From positions 155,921-219,920 of the forward strand of contig CAVRPO010000008.1 in NCBI GenBank assembly GCA_963723175.1: a stretch of 64,000 nt of DNA. Reading direction: 5' to 3'. The stretch's first letter is position 1; every line of letters starts with the position of its first letter. Source of the stretch: an uncultured Solirubrobacterales bacterium. Lineage in GTDB: Bacteria > Actinomycetota > Thermoleophilia > Solirubrobacterales > Solirubrobacteraceae. Shown here one piece after another: positions 19,838-30,691 of this stretch. Under the pieces are notes generated by a model, which was not told where the DNA came from, did not search any database, and saw nothing but the letters and a program-made list of their open reading frames with translations. A program made the position numbers and the translations under genes.

Positions 19838-20235
19838 TTGACTTCGCTAACGCTTGAGACCTTCACGCCCGGGACACCTTCCACTGTGAGGGTCGGACCG
19901 GAGCTGGTGGATTGCACGCTTTCGACCTTCCCCGTCGCCGCGGTACCAGTGGAGGGATCGCTGTAGCTGACGGTGTGGCCGATCAGCTGAACCGCGCTAG
20001 AGAGCTCGCTGGCGCTCGCAAGGTTGGTCGTCTGCTCGAGTTGGGTGAACTGCGCCAGCTCGGTCACGTATTCGTTGCCGTTGGCCGGTTCTAGCGGATT
20101 CTGTGCCTGCAGCTGAGCGATCATCAGCTTTAGGAAGTCGTTTTGCCCGAGCACGCTGTTCGGGTTTTCGGGGCTCGTCGCCGACGCGGAGCCGCTGGAA
20201 GGGGCGGTGGCGGCTTGTGCGACTGGGGTTGTCAT
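19834..20235 (-). CDS. flgD: Hook capping protein FlgD
   Basis: LGQNDFLKLMIAQLQAQNPLEP...ELAQFTQLEQ. Confidence 0.95.
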   Translation of the reverse strand: MTTPVAQAATAPSSGSASATSPENPNSVLGQNDFLKLMIAQLQAQNPLEPANGNEYVTELAQFTQLEQTTNLASASELSSAVQLIGHTVSYSDPSTGTAATGKVESVQSTSSGPTLTVEGVPGVKVSSVSEVK

Positions 20236-20257
20236 AGCTTTCTGTCCTTTCGTTCGC

Positions 20258-22083
20258 TCACGCGAGCACGTCGACGATTTCGCCTAGCGGGGTACCGGCC
20301 GGACGCGTGTTGTCCTGCGGCTCGCCGAGCGCTTCGCTCTCTTCGGCTGCGCCCGCTGCGCCGGTGACACTCGCCCTATCGGCTTTGGTGGCAAAGCTTC
20401 CGTCCTGTTCGCCGGTCTGCGGTTGGCCGGAGGAGCCGATATCAAGCTGCAGCAGCGATAGCCCGAGCGAGCTGAGCGATTGGCGCAGCTCTGAGCGGCC
20501 TTGGGTGAGCGCCTGCGCGCCGGCGGGCGTGTCGGCGGTGACGCGCGCACGCAGCCCTTCGCTGGTCTGGCTCAAACGAATGCTGATGTGACCAAGCTCT
20601 TCGGGCTGAAGTTCGATGCGCGCCTTGGCGATGCCCTGGCGGGTGGCCAGCTCGATCGTTGCGCCGATCGAATCGATCATCTCCTGCATCGGCAGGCCGG
20701 GAACGAGCAGTGGGCCTGCGTCGGAGTTGAGGTCTGCACCGATACCGGCGCTCGCTTCGGGATTGAGGCTTATCCCAGCATCGAAGCTTGCGAGGGTTGC
20801 TTGGGCTGTGGTTGTGCTCGCCGCTGCTTGCGGCGCCTCGGCAGTACCCTGCGCAGCCAACGGACCACTTGCTGCTTGTGCCTGGTTGGCGGCTGCCCAG
20901 GACCGACCGCTGAGCTCAGTTGTCGGGTTAGGCGTGCCGTTGCTGTTTGGCGCGGGCGAAGTCGCTGCCCGATTCTGGAAAGGCGCGGAGTCGGCAGTGC
21001 GCATGGGCGGTGACGAGAGCGTGGTTTGGTTGGCGCTTTGGTCGGATGTTGATGCGTTGAGCGCGCTTGTCCCCGGCGTCTGGGTCAAGTCCGACTGGCC
21101 GGGGGATGTTGCAGTCGTTGTGCCATCAGCGGTTTGGGACGTCGCGGTGCTGGGCTGTTCGGCTTCTTGTGGGCTCGATGCATTCGGCGCGCCTCTTGAA
21201 CCGAGCGCAACTGTCGATGTGGGAGCCACTGCGGTGGGGGGTGGCAGGGGGGCGGCCGCGGGTGTTGGGCTCGCGGCGCCGGCGAGAGCGCCGGCAACCC
21301 CGGGGGTTGATAGTGAAGTGGGAGTCGATCCCGCGGCGGATGAAGAGCCGGGACCGCCGGAGGATGTCGTCGCGGGTGAGGCACCGGAATCGGCGGTTGC
21401 GGGTGAGGAGGTTGTCGCGAGCGAGGCGTCAGGGTCGGCGGAGTATGCGGCTGCCGGCGAGGAAGTCGTGGCGGGTGAGCCAACGCCGGCGGGTGATGCG
21501 ATGGGGGGGGTCGATGCGGCCGCGCCGACCGAACAAGGAAGCGGGAACCGAAGAGGGGAGCAGAGCCGGCAGCCAAGGTTGAGTCCGGCGCGCCTGCCGA
21601 GGTCGAAGTAAACCCCGATGTTGGGACCGCTGCGGTGCCGGCCTGGGGCGTAGATGTCAGCGCGGCAGTCGCGGCGGCAACCGTCGTCGTGCCGGTGGTA
21701 TCGGTAGCTCCCGCGGCCGCCTCCGACCCGCCCGCCAGAGTGGTTGCCGAGGCTGCTGCTGTGTCTGGCGTCGAGGCCCCAGATTCCGACGCAGGGCATG
21801 TGACGATCCCACCGCCGGCTGGGTTCGCTCCGTTGTCACACGCGCGCGCCGCGCGCGAGGGGTGCGGCGTCCTGCTGGCACCCTCGCTGGGGCTGCTCCT
21901 TGGATGGCCTTCCGCAGTGGCGGTCCGGGCCCAATGTGTGGCGAGCGCGCTCTGGAAGGTGGCGCGCCCGGTGGGGCCCCAGGCGGGGCCCCCTCCGAGG
22001 CCCCTGGTGGAGCGCCTGAGCGAAGGGCTCGATCGGCCCGCGCCGCTGGTCGGCGAGCCGGAGGGCGGCGAAGTCGGTGGCAT
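20258..22083 (-). CDS. fliK: Hook-length control protein FliK (low complexity, frameshifted)
   Basis: Long Ala/Ser/Thr/Pro region, then ARIELQPEELGHISIRL...ELRQSLSSLGL; ends GEIVDVLA. Confidence 0.88.
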
Positions 22084-22101
22084 GCCGAGTCGACTGGGGC
22101 G

Positions 22102-22800
22102 TCACGCCAGGCCCCTGACGGAGATCGAGGCGGGGTGAGTCTGACGGTAGGCTTCGGCATAGCCAAGCACTTTGGAGACGTAGCTCTGGGTTTCGGCGTA
22201 AGGCGGTATGCCGCCGTACTGCTGAACGGCTCCGGGCCCGGCGTTGTAGGCGGCCAGGGCGTCTTCGGTGTTGCCGCCGAACTGGCTCATCAGCTGGCTC
22301 AGGTAGCGCGCGCCGCCTTCGATCGATTCGGTCGGGTTGAGTGGGTTTGCGACGCCCATCGACGAAGCGGTGCCCGGCATCAGCTGCGTCAGACCGCTCG
22401 CGCCGGCGCTGCTCTGGGCGCCGGGGTCAAAGCCAGACTCCTGCTGGATCAGGCCGTGCAGCACCGCTGGGTCTACGCCATAGCGCTCGGCTGCCTGTTC
22501 GATCACGCTGTTGTATTCGCTGCCGTCGCCTGCGGCACCTGCCACGCTTTCGCTCTGCCTACGGCGGTAGGCGCAGGAGGCATCGGCCGTTGTCGCCGCC
22601 TGCAGTGCCGCGGCGAAGTCCCCGCCGGTACCGGTGATGAGGCTGCCGAGGTGCCGCTGGCCGTGGCGCTGGTCGGGCATCCCCGAGACGCTCACCTGGC
22701 GGGTCTGTTCGATCAGCGCCTGCAACTGTCGCACGCGCTGGGCGATCGCCTGCTCGTCTTCGGGTAGGCCCGACGGTGGCGGCGATCGCATTGTGCTCAT
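22102..22800 (-). CDS. Lytic transglycosylase (SLT family) of the flagellar operon
   Basis: IQQESGFDPGAQSSAGASGLTQLMPGT; ALAAYNAGPG; PPYAETQSYV. Confidence 0.92.
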   Translation of the reverse strand: MSTMRSPPPSGLPEDEQAIAQRVRQLQALIEQTRQVSVSGMPDQRHGQRHLGSLITGTGGDFAAALQAATTADASCAYRRRQSESVAGAAGDGSEYNSVIEQAAERYGVDPAVLHGLIQQESGFDPGAQSSAGASGLTQLMPGTASSMGVANPLNPTESIEGGARYLSQLMSQFGGNTEDALAAYNAGPGAVQQYGGIPPYAETQSYVSKVLGYAEAYRQTHPASISVRGLA

Positions 22801-23256
22801 AGCGCGCTCCGACCGAAGCGCGCGGCGGCAATCTCGTCGAGCGCGCCCTGTTCGCGGCTGGCGGCGGCGCGCTCGTGCTCGCCGCGGTGGCGCTCTCTGA
22901 GGCGCTTGAGCATCTCGTGCTCGCTGGCGGCGGTGGCGAGCGTGGCGTCGCGATCGGCGACCTCGGCCTCGCGCTGGCTCGAGCTCCTCGGCGTGGGCTC
23001 CGCGCTGTGCCTCGATGCGCTCGAGGAACGCCTGGCGTCCTACCAGCTCGTGGGCGTCGAGCGTCTGAGGCTTGCCTGTCTGGGCTCGGTGTTCGCTGTG
23101 CGCCTGCTCCAGATGGGCTTCGGCCGCGCGCAGGTCGGCCTCCGTGCTGGAGCGCAGCGAGATCGCCTGTGCCAGCTCCTGCTGGGCCAGCTGCTCTTTG
23201 CGCTCGCGCAGCGCGCGCACGCGCTCAAGCCGAAAGCGAAAAACGGGTCCGTTCAC
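22797..23256 (-). CDS. fliJ: Flagellar export chaperone FliJ (frameshifted)
   Basis: FRFRLERVRALRERKEQLAQQELA; coiled coil; follows fliI. Confidence 0.85.
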
Positions 23257-23263
23257 GGTCCGG

Positions 23264-23290
23264 TTATCGGACGTGGCCTCCCTTCTTTAG
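23264..23290 (-). promoter_or_regulatory. Sigma28 promoter of fliJ, probably leaderless
   Basis: CTAAAG-N13-TCCGATAA, 7 nt before the GTG. Confidence 0.6.
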
Positions 23291-23482
23291 TGCCGGCTCA
23301 GATGCGCTGGCACCGCCGGCGGATCGGCGTCCGGCTCAGAGGCTCAGCCCGAGCGCGGGTATCGCGGGCGGGTCGGCGGCGGCGGGCACCGGCGGCGGGG
23401 CGTGGGGGTCGATCCGCTCAACGGCGATTCCCTCCGTGAATGAGGCCCGCAGGACACGTCACGCTCTATTGAGGCACAGCTC

Positions 23483-25005
23483 TTAGATACTCAGTCCGAG
23501 AGCCGGTATGGCGGGGCCTGGGTATCGCTCAGCGAGGGCAGCTGGCCAGGGCCGCGAGCTGCTGGCCGGGGGCTCGATCTGCTCGGCTGGGCACCTCCTC
23601 GGCGTCGAGAATGTCCGCGCCGGAGGGCTCGCCTCGCCGGCGAGCGAGGCCGCAAGCTCGAGCAGCCGCGCGTCGGCATCCTCGGGCGGGCTGCGCTCGT
23701 CTACGGGCTGGCGCAGGAAGCCCTCGATTCGCGCGCGATGGGCGAGCGCGGTGTCGAGCGCGGGGTCGCTGCCTGGCTGGTAGGCGCCGATCGCGACGAG
23801 GTCTTCCTTCTCGCGCAGCACCGCCAGCGCGGCGCGCAGGCGCTGGCCGGCGGCGGCCACCTGTGGCGAGACGATCTCGCCGACCAGGCGCGAGACGCTC
23901 TGCAGCACGTCGATCGGCGGGATAGTGGCCGGCGTGGGCGAGCGAGCGCGTGAGCACCACGTGCCCGTCGAGGATCGAGCGCACCGCGTCGGCGATCGGC
24001 TCGTTCATGTCGTCGCCGTCGACCAGGACCGTGTACAGGCCCGGTGATCGAACCGCTGGTGCTGGTGCCGGCGCGCTCGAGCAGGCGCGGGAGCAGCGCG
24101 AACACGCTGGGCGTGTAGCCGCGCGTGGCGGGCGGCTCGCCGATCGCCAGGCCCACCTCGCGCTGGGCCATCGCAAAGCGCGTGACCGAGTCCATCATCA
24201 GCAGCACGTCGTGGCCCTGGTCGCGGAAGTGCTCGGCGATCGTCGTGGCGGTGAAGGCGGCCTTGATGCGCACCAGCGCGGGCTGGTCGGAGGTGGCTAC
24301 GACGACGACCGAGCGCTCGAGCGCGTCGCCGAGGTCGCGCTCGATGAACTCGCGCACCTCGCGTCCGCGCTCGCCGACCAGCGCGATCACGTTCACCTGG
24401 GCGCTCGTCGAGCGGGCGATCATGCCCATCAGCGAGGACTTGCCGACGCCGGAGCCAGCGAAGATGCCGAGCCGCTGCCCGCGCCCGCAGGGCACGAGCG
24501 AGTCGAGCGCGCGCACGCCCAGCCCGACGCGCTCGCTGATGCGGGGCCTCGAGAGCGCGCTTGGAGGCGGGGCGATCGTCGAGCGCGCGATTCCGCCGGG
24601 TGCTGGAAGCTCGTCCAGCGGCACTCCTAGCCCATCGACGACGCGTCCGAGCAGGCCGGGCCCTACGGCGACGCGAAACGGCGCGCCAGTCGCGAGCACG
24701 CGCGTGCCGGGACCGATGCCGTGCAGCTCGCCCAAGGGCATCAGCAGGGTGCGCCCGTCGCGGAAGCCGACCACCTCGGCTGGAATCCGGTTATCGACTA
24801 GACACACCTCTCCAATCTCTGCCTGAAGCCCGGTCACCTCGATGATCAGACCGATCAGGTTGCTTACGTACCCGTGGCGCCGCGCAAGGTCGGCCTCGCG
24901 GACGGCTTGTGTGGCGCTTGCCAGCAGCGCGCCTGGTCGTGCGCTCTGAAAAGGGACTGCACCCCGCTCGCGCGGGGGGACGGTCAAACCCGGGGACTCG
25001 CTCAC
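23483..25005 (-). CDS. fliI: Flagellar export ATPase FliI (frameshifts)
   Basis: [16 protein letters not shown]; GERGREV; [15 protein letters not shown]; [20 protein letters not shown]. Confidence 0.96.
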
Positions 25006-25625
25006 GCCGCCCGCTCGGCTGCAAGCGAGGCTTCGACGACCTCGCGCGCCCGCTCCAGCTGCGTCCCTACGCTAGCGTCCACCTCGCCCTCGGCGGTGCG
25101 CACGATCGCGCCGCCGGGCTCGACGCGCTCGTCGGGTTGGACGTCGCACAGCTCGATCCCGCTCCCCGGCCCGGCCATCTCACCGATGGCCGAGCTCACC
25201 GCCTCGAGGTCCGCGGGATTGACGAGCACGGTGATCTTGCGCCGGTCTGTTACACGCCGCAGTGCCCCTTGCACGGCTTCGAGTATGCGCTCGCTGGGCA
25301 GTTGCTGGGTGCCGCCAAGGATCTTCTCAGCCAGCTGCAACCCCAGCTGGATGGCGTCGTGTTCGATCGCCTGCACCAGCTCGACGCGCAGCGACTCGAC
25401 GCCGTGCATGGCCTCACCGAGCGCTCGCGCCGCGTGGGCGATCTCGATGGCCCCGTACTCGTGGCCGGCGCTGCGCCCCTCGGCATAGCCTTCGGAGCGG
25501 GCTTGCTCGCGGATCTGCTCGGCCTCGAGCTGGGCCTGGGCAAGCATGCGCGCTGGCGCGTCGCGCGGCTGCGGCTGTGAGGGCTCGAGCTGCTCGAAGG
25601 CGTAGCTGACGGCAGTGTCAGGCAA
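25002..25625 (-). CDS. fliH: Flagellar assembly protein FliH
   Basis: [13 protein letters not shown]; VLVNPADL; [16 protein letters not shown]. Confidence 0.9.
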   Translation of the reverse strand: MPDTAVSYAFEQLEPSQPQPRDAPARMLAQAQLEAEQIREQARSEGYAEGRSAGHEYGAIEIAHAARALGEAMHGVESLRVELVQAIEHDAIQLGLQLAEKILGGTQQLPSERILEAVQGALRRVTDRRKITVLVNPADLEAVSSAIGEMAGPGSGIELCDVQPDERVEPGGAIVRTAEGEVDASVGTQLERAREVVEASLAAERAA

Positions 25626-25711
25626 CGTCCCGGCCTCTCTGATCGCCGCGCGTCAGGGCACCCTCAGGCAACGGTTTAACCAGCCGATCGCCTCGCGCGA
25701 GCGCGGCTCGG

Positions 25712-26815
25712 TCAGACAACCGCTTCGCCTTCCTCCTCGTCGCCGCCGGCGATCACGATCGTGCCGGCCTCGTCCAGCTTGCGCACGACCGCGACCACGC
25801 GGCTCTGGGCCTCGTCGACGTCGCGCTGGCGCTGAGGCGGCTGGATCTCCATCTCCTCCTTGAGCATCGCCGCGCCGCGCTCTGACATGTTCGTGAGGAC
25901 GATCTCCATCACGTTCTCCGGCGCGCCGCGCAGGGCGAGCACAAGATCCTTCTGGTCGACCTCGCGCAGCACTTGCTGGATCGCGCGCTCGTCGAGCTTG
26001 ACGATGTCCTCGAACACGAACAGCATCCCCCGCACCTCCTCCGCGAGCGCCTTGTCTGCTCCGGCGAGGCGCTCGAGCACGTTGCGCTCGGTGGTGCGGT
26101 CGGCATGGTTGAGGATCCCAGCAAGCGTCTTCGCCCCGCCGCTGGCGGAGTACTTGCGCTCGACCGTCGCCCCCAGCTTGTGGCGAATCATCTGCTCGAC
26201 CTGCTGGATGACGCGCGTGCCGGCGTTGCCCATGCGCGCGATCCGCAGCGCGATGTCAGGCTGCTCTGACTCGGGCAGCCGGGCCAGCACCCCGGCGGCG
26301 AGATTCGTGTGCAGGCTGGCGAGCACGAGCGCAACCGTCTGGGGCGACTCGCCGCGCAGCAGCGCGGCGATCCGCTCGGGCGGCACGCGACGCAGGAACT
26401 CGAAGGGTCGCGTTTCGCTGGCGCTCTCCAGGCGCCCGAGCAGGTCGGTCGCGCGCTCGGGGTCGAGCGCGCGCTCGATCACTCCGCGCGCAAAGTCCAG
26501 CCCGCCGCTGACAGCCCCCTGGCCTTCGCCGGCCTCCGCGGCCAGTTCGCCGAAGACCGACTCGGTCGTCTCCGCGCCGACAGAGCTGAGCCGCGCCATC
26601 TCCATCGAGAGGCTCTCGATCGCCTCCTCGTCCATGCGCTGCATCACGTTCGCCGCGCGCTCGGGTCCGAGCGCCGCCATCAGCACGGCCGCTCTGCGCG
26701 CTCCTGGCAAGCGCTCGCTTGAGGCGGTCGGCAAGGGCGTGGACGGACTGGCCGCTGAGCGCTCGGCCAGAGCGCCCGGCGGTTTCGGCACCGTCTCTGA
26801 GGGTGAATCGGCCAC
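25712..26815 (-). CDS. fliG: Flagellar motor switch protein FliG
   Basis: GARRAAVLMAALG; GGLDFARGVI; ESPQTVALVL; MLFVFEDI; NMSERGAAMLKEEM. Confidence 0.96.
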   Translation of the reverse strand: MADSPSETVPKPPGALAERSAASPSTPLPTASSERLPGARRAAVLMAALGPERAANVMQRMDEEAIESLSMEMARLSSVGAETTESVFGELAAEAGEGQGAVSGGLDFARGVIERALDPERATDLLGRLESASETRPFEFLRRVPPERIAALLRGESPQTVALVLASLHTNLAAGVLARLPESEQPDIALRIARMGNAGTRVIQQVEQMIRHKLGATVERKYSASGGAKTLAGILNHADRTTERNVLERLAGADKALAEEVRGMLFVFEDIVKLDERAIQQVLREVDQKDLVLALRGAPENVMEIVLTNMSERGAAMLKEEMEIQPPQRQRDVDEAQSRVVAVVRKLDEAGTIVIAGGDEEEGEAVV

Positions 26816-26818
26816 TAG

Positions 26819-26978
26819 TGGTTCATCCTGCAAATTCGGTGTGGGTTTGCCGGATGTATGCGCGTGATCTGACGGTTCACGGGGTCCGTGCGCGTACTGG
26901 TGGTACGTGTGCGGACGCCGGGGACCGTCAGGCACGTGCAGACAGCGGGAAACGCCAGCGGATTTGCAGGATGGACCA
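26819..26978. repeat. 160-bp intergenic element bounded by 20-bp inverted repeats (18/20), with a solo related arm at 37311-37330
   Basis: TGGTTCATCCTGCAAATTCG (26819-26838) and CGGATTTGCAGGATGGACCA (26959-26978); flanks CTAG/CCAG. Confidence 0.7.
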
Positions 26979-26984
26979 CCAGCG

Positions 26985-28534
26985 CTAGTCCTCTTGCATC
27001 CAGTTGCGAAGCTGCTGGGCGACGCGATCGGGATCGCTGTCGGCGAGCTGCTCGACCTGACGGCGCAGATGGTCGCCGCTGGCGTGCCCGTTGCCCGTTG
27101 CCATTCCCATTGCCGTTCCCATTGGGAGGCGCCCCGCCGGCCATCGCCGGTACCGGTCTTGGCGCGCTTTCGCGCTGCAGCTCGGAGAGGCGCATCGGCG
27201 TCTCCAGCTCGCGCAGCCAGACCGGCTCGTCGATCGTGTCCGATTCGCGGCGGCGCAGCGAGCGCGTGGTGAAGAACAGGAAGACGAGCGAAGCGATGCC
27301 AAGCAGCGCGTACTTGGCGTAGCCGAGCATGCTGCTGGTAGAGCTCGCAGCGCTAGTCGTCGGGCTGGCGAAGGCGACCTGTCCGATCGAGATCGTGTCT
27401 CCGCGCTTGGTCTGGATGCCGGCGGCATTGGTGATCGCTTCGCGGATCGCCGGCAGCGAGGCGGCGGGAACGGAATGGTCGAGCAGCACCGAGACATGCT
27501 GGCTTTCGACCGTCCCGGGTGCGATCGTGGAGTGGGTCACGGTCTTGCTGACGCCAAGCGTGCTGCTCGTCGTTTCGTGCTTGTAATTGGACTTCCCGCC
27601 TGTGCTGGTGCCGGTCGGAAGGTTCGCGGTGCCGGTGGCGCCGCCGGCACCAGAGCCGTTGCCGGTGAGCGTCTCGATGTCCTTGCTCTGCTGCAGGGGC
27701 ACGCCGGCCTTGCCGTAGCTGAGCTGTTCCTGGGTGGTCTGGTTTACGTTCATGTTGGCGTACACCAACACCTGCGCCTTGCCCGGGCCGAGGGTTTGCG
27801 CAAGCATCGCGTCGAGGCTCGCCCCCATGCTCTGGTCATAGCGCTGCTCGGCTTCCTGCACGCCGTTGCCGCCGCCGCCCGCGCTGCCGGCGGCCTGCGG
27901 CCACAGCAGCTGCCCCGAGGCGTCGGTGATCGTGACCTTGCTCAACTGCAGGCCGGGCACGCTGGAGGTGACCAGTTGAGCGATCCCCTGCACCGAGCTT
28001 TGTGGCATCGAAGTGGTCCCCGAGAGCAGCACGGCGGCCGAGGAGACCCCCTGGTTTTCGCCGAATATCTGGTTCTGTGAGCTGGGCAACACCAGCTCGA
28101 CCTGCGCCCCGGAGACGCCCTGCACCGAGTCGATCGTCTTCGTCCAGCTGCCCCTGCAGCGCGCGCTGGTAGGTGACCTCCTGCTGGAAGTTGCTTTCGC
28201 CGAGATTCTGTTTTTCAAACAGCGAGAAGCCGGGCTGGGTGTTGCCGAGCAGGCTCGCGCCGGCCAGGGCCACGCGAGCCTCGGCGGTCTGGTTGGACTG
28301 GACGGCTAGCGCGGTGCCGTTGTTCTGCAGCTCGTAGTTGACGCCATGCTCGCTGAGCGTGCTCGTCATCTTGCCGGTCTGGGAGGGATCGACGCCGCTG
28401 ACGAGCGTCGTGTAGCTCGGCGCGGAGACCATGTGCAGGAACAGGTAGATGAACAGGATCGCGCCGATCGCGGCACCGCCGACGATCAGCCATCCGCGAG
28501 TGGTGAGCCGCGAGGCGAGCTGGGAGAGCGGCAC
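26985..28534 (-). CDS. fliF: Flagellar M-ring protein FliF (frameshift near 28140)
   Basis: N-terminal TM; PGFSLFEKQNLGESNFQQEVTYQRALQG; SSAAVLL; C-terminal DPDRVAQQLRNWM. Confidence 0.94.
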
Positions 28535-28594
28535 GGCCTAGGCTCGCGATCCGGGAGTCGTGAGCTGTGAAAGGAGTAGTGCGAGCGCCACCGA

Positions 28595-29048
28595 TCAGAC
28601 CTGCGTCTGGAAGATGTTCTGGGCGGCTTCGGTGGCCTTGGTGCGCAGCTGGGAGGCCAAGTCCATCGCCATCTGCGCATCCTCAACGGTCACGACCGCG
28701 CTCTCGGGATCCTTGGCGGTGCCGGTGGCAAGCGACTGGGCCGCGCTGTCGGAGCTCAACTGGGTGCTTTCGAGCGAGGAGATCGCTTCTGAGAGCTCGC
28801 TGCCGAAGCTGCCCGATCCGCCGCTCGACGCGCCGCCGACCCCTCCGGTTCCTTCGACGCCGCTCGACTCCTTCGACCCGCGCGTAGTCCCTTCGAGGCC
28901 GCTGCTGCCTTCCAGCCCTAGCCCGGAGCCCGTCGGCTTGAGCGCTTTGGCCGCCCTGGGTCAGGCCGCCGACCGTCTGTGGCGAGACGCTGTTCGAGAG
29001 ACCTTCGGAGAGTTTGCTCGCCAGTCCGCTGACCGCCGGGACGATCAT
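28595..29048 (-). CDS. fliE: Flagellar basal-body protein FliE (frameshifted)
   Basis: SFGSELSEAISSLE...ATGTAKDPESAVVTVEDAQMAMDLASQLRTKATEAAQNIFQTQV*. Confidence 0.85.
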
Positions 29049-29494
29049 TTGAGCACCCCGAGCGTCGCGCTGAACATCGACTTGGCGGTCTGCATCGCGG
29101 TCACGTCGGACTGATAGGACTGCGACTCGGAGATCAGGTCGGTCATTTCGGTGACGGTGCTTATGTTCGGCATCTTCACGTAGCCCTGGGCGTCGGCTTC
29201 GGGGTTGCCAGGGTCATAGACCTGCTGGTCGGGAGTGGTGTCGCTGACGATCCCCGTCACTTGGACACCGCCTGCCGGGGCCGCGCTTTCTGCTTGCTGG
29301 ATGGCTCCTGAAAGCGCGCTGCCGAAGCCACCTTCGCCGGCCTGTGCGAGCTCGACCTCCTGGCGCTGGTAGGGCTGTCCGCCCGCGGCCTTCGTGGTGT
29401 CGGCGTTGGCGAGGTTCTCGGCGGTCACGTCCATGCGGACACGCTCGGCGGTCAGCCCGCTGCCGGCGATGCCGATCGCTTCGAAGAGCCCCAT
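29045..29494 (-). CDS. flgC: Basal-body rod protein FlgC
   Basis: GSGLTAERVRMDVTAENLANADT; YDPGNPEADAQGYVKMPNI. Confidence 0.96.
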   Translation of the reverse strand: MGLFEAIGIAGSGLTAERVRMDVTAENLANADTTKAAGGQPYQRQEVELAQAGEGGFGSALSGAIQQAESAAPAGGVQVTGIVSDTTPDQQVYDPGNPEADAQGYVKMPNISTVTEMTDLISESQSYQSDVTAMQTAKSMFSATLGVLK

Positions 29495-29568
29495 CAGGCC
29501 TCCACATCGATCGTGCTTATGCAGGTGACATCGACAGCGGCGCCCATGACGCGACATGTTGGCCGCGC

Positions 29569-29922
29569 TCACGAGGTGACTCCGATCGCCGCGCTCAGGA
29601 TGCTGTTGCGGGCGCCGAGCACCTGCGTGAGAGCTTGGTAGTCGAGGCCGTTTTCGGCGAGCTTCGCCGATTCCTGATCGACGCTGACGCTGGTGCCGTT
29701 GGGTCCGTCCTCTTCGGGCTGGGCTTCGGTCTGGAATTCGACCTGGCTGAGCGGCTCGCCGCTGTTCATCGCGCTCTGCAGCTCGGACTCGAAGTTGACT
29801 TCCTGGCGTTTGTAGCCGGGCGTGTCGGCGTTGGCGATGTTGCTCGTCAGGGCAGTCTCGCGCTGCCAGGAGCCGCGCATCGCGGCCTCGAGCAGTTGCT
29901 GGGTCGAATCGATGGGAGCCAT
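29569..29922 (-). CDS. flgB: Basal-body rod protein FlgB
   Basis: SNIANADTPGYKRQEVNFE; NGTSVSVDQESAKLAENGLDYQ. Confidence 0.95.
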   Translation of the reverse strand: MAPIDSTQQLLEAAMRGSWQRETALTSNIANADTPGYKRQEVNFESELQSAMNSGEPLSQVEFQTEAQPEEDGPNGTSVSVDQESAKLAENGLDYQALTQVLGARNSILSAAIGVTS

Positions 29923-29935
29923 ATATCGTCCCTGG

Positions 29936-29963
29936 TGATCGGCCGCCCTGCCTGGGTCTTTAG
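29936..29963 (-). promoter_or_regulatory. Sigma28 promoter of the flgB operon
   Basis: CTAAAG-N14-GCCGATCA. Confidence 0.78.
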
Positions 29964-29977
29964 GCCGGCGTGCGAAG

Positions 29978-30298
29978 TCAGGCGCTGCGATCCAGGCGGG
30001 GGCGGCGCGCAAGCTGTCCCGCGTAGCCGTCGGCCGCGCGCCTCGCACGCGCGCTGGTGCCGATCTCGGCCAGCAGCGACTCGCGCAGGCGAATCAGCTC
30101 GATACGGGTGCGCTCGTGAATCAGCCGGGCTCGGCGCAGCAGTGGCGCCGCCTCGGTCGGCGGGCTGGCCGGCAAGTCGCGCGTCAGCTGCTCCCAGCGT
30201 TCGCCGAGTGCGGCCAGACGTCCTATCTCGCCGCGGCCGACAAGCTCAAGTTCAAGCTCGGCGTGCTCATGGATCGCCTCGTAGGGCCGCAGCGCCAT
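29978..30298 (-). CDS. FliT-like flagellar chaperone (hypothetical)
   Basis: 106 aa helical protein directly after fliS; C-terminal GYA...RLDRSA. Confidence 0.55.
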   Translation of the reverse strand: MALRPYEAIHEHAELELELVGRGEIGRLAALGERWEQLTRDLPASPPTEAAPLLRRARLIHERTRIELIRLRESLLAEIGTSARARRAADGYAGQLARRPRLDRSA

Positions 30299-30307
30299 CT
30301 TGCTCGC

Positions 30308-30691
30308 TCACGCGCGGGCGATCTCCTCGGCTACCTGGGCCCAAGCCTCGCGCAGCTCGCCGAGCAGCTCGCTGACCTCTTCCAGCTTGCCGGGATCCTG
30401 GTTGTTGCGCGCGGCGTTGAGATGGGCAAGGCAGAACTGGTAGATCGCATGTAGGCGATCGGAGACTTCGCCTTGCTGGAAGTCGAGGATGCCATCGAGA
30501 TGGGCGATGATCAACTCCGCCCGGCGCAGCGTGTTGTGTGCGCGCTCGATCTGGCCCTCGCGCATCGCGACATTCGCCTGGCGCAGGAAGCGCCGCGCGC
30601 CGTCGTAGAGCATCACGACCAGCTCCCCAGGCGTGGCAGCAAGCACCGCGCCCTGGCGGTAGGCGTTTGGCGTGGCGGTGAGGTTGCTCAT
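30308..30691 (-). CDS. fliS: Flagellin chaperone FliS
   Basis: AYRQGAVLAATPGELVVMLYDGA; LHAIYQF; ELREAW. Confidence 0.95.
   Translation of the reverse strand: MSNLTATPNAYRQGAVLAATPGELVVMLYDGARRFLRQANVAMREGQIERAHNTLRRAELIIAHLDGILDFQQGEVSDRLHAIYQFCLAHLNAARNNQDPGKLEEVSELLGELREAWAQVAEEIARA

Noticed and set aside
21330-21500. Repeats in fliK (SPATTSS units) and GNGNGN in fliF
   Set aside because: Ordinary low-complexity linkers expected in these proteins
22102-23256. Apparent FliJ-lytic transglycosylase fusion (384 aa)
   Set aside because: The joining stretch is out-of-frame FliJ; an ATGA overlap at 22797-22800 shows two genes
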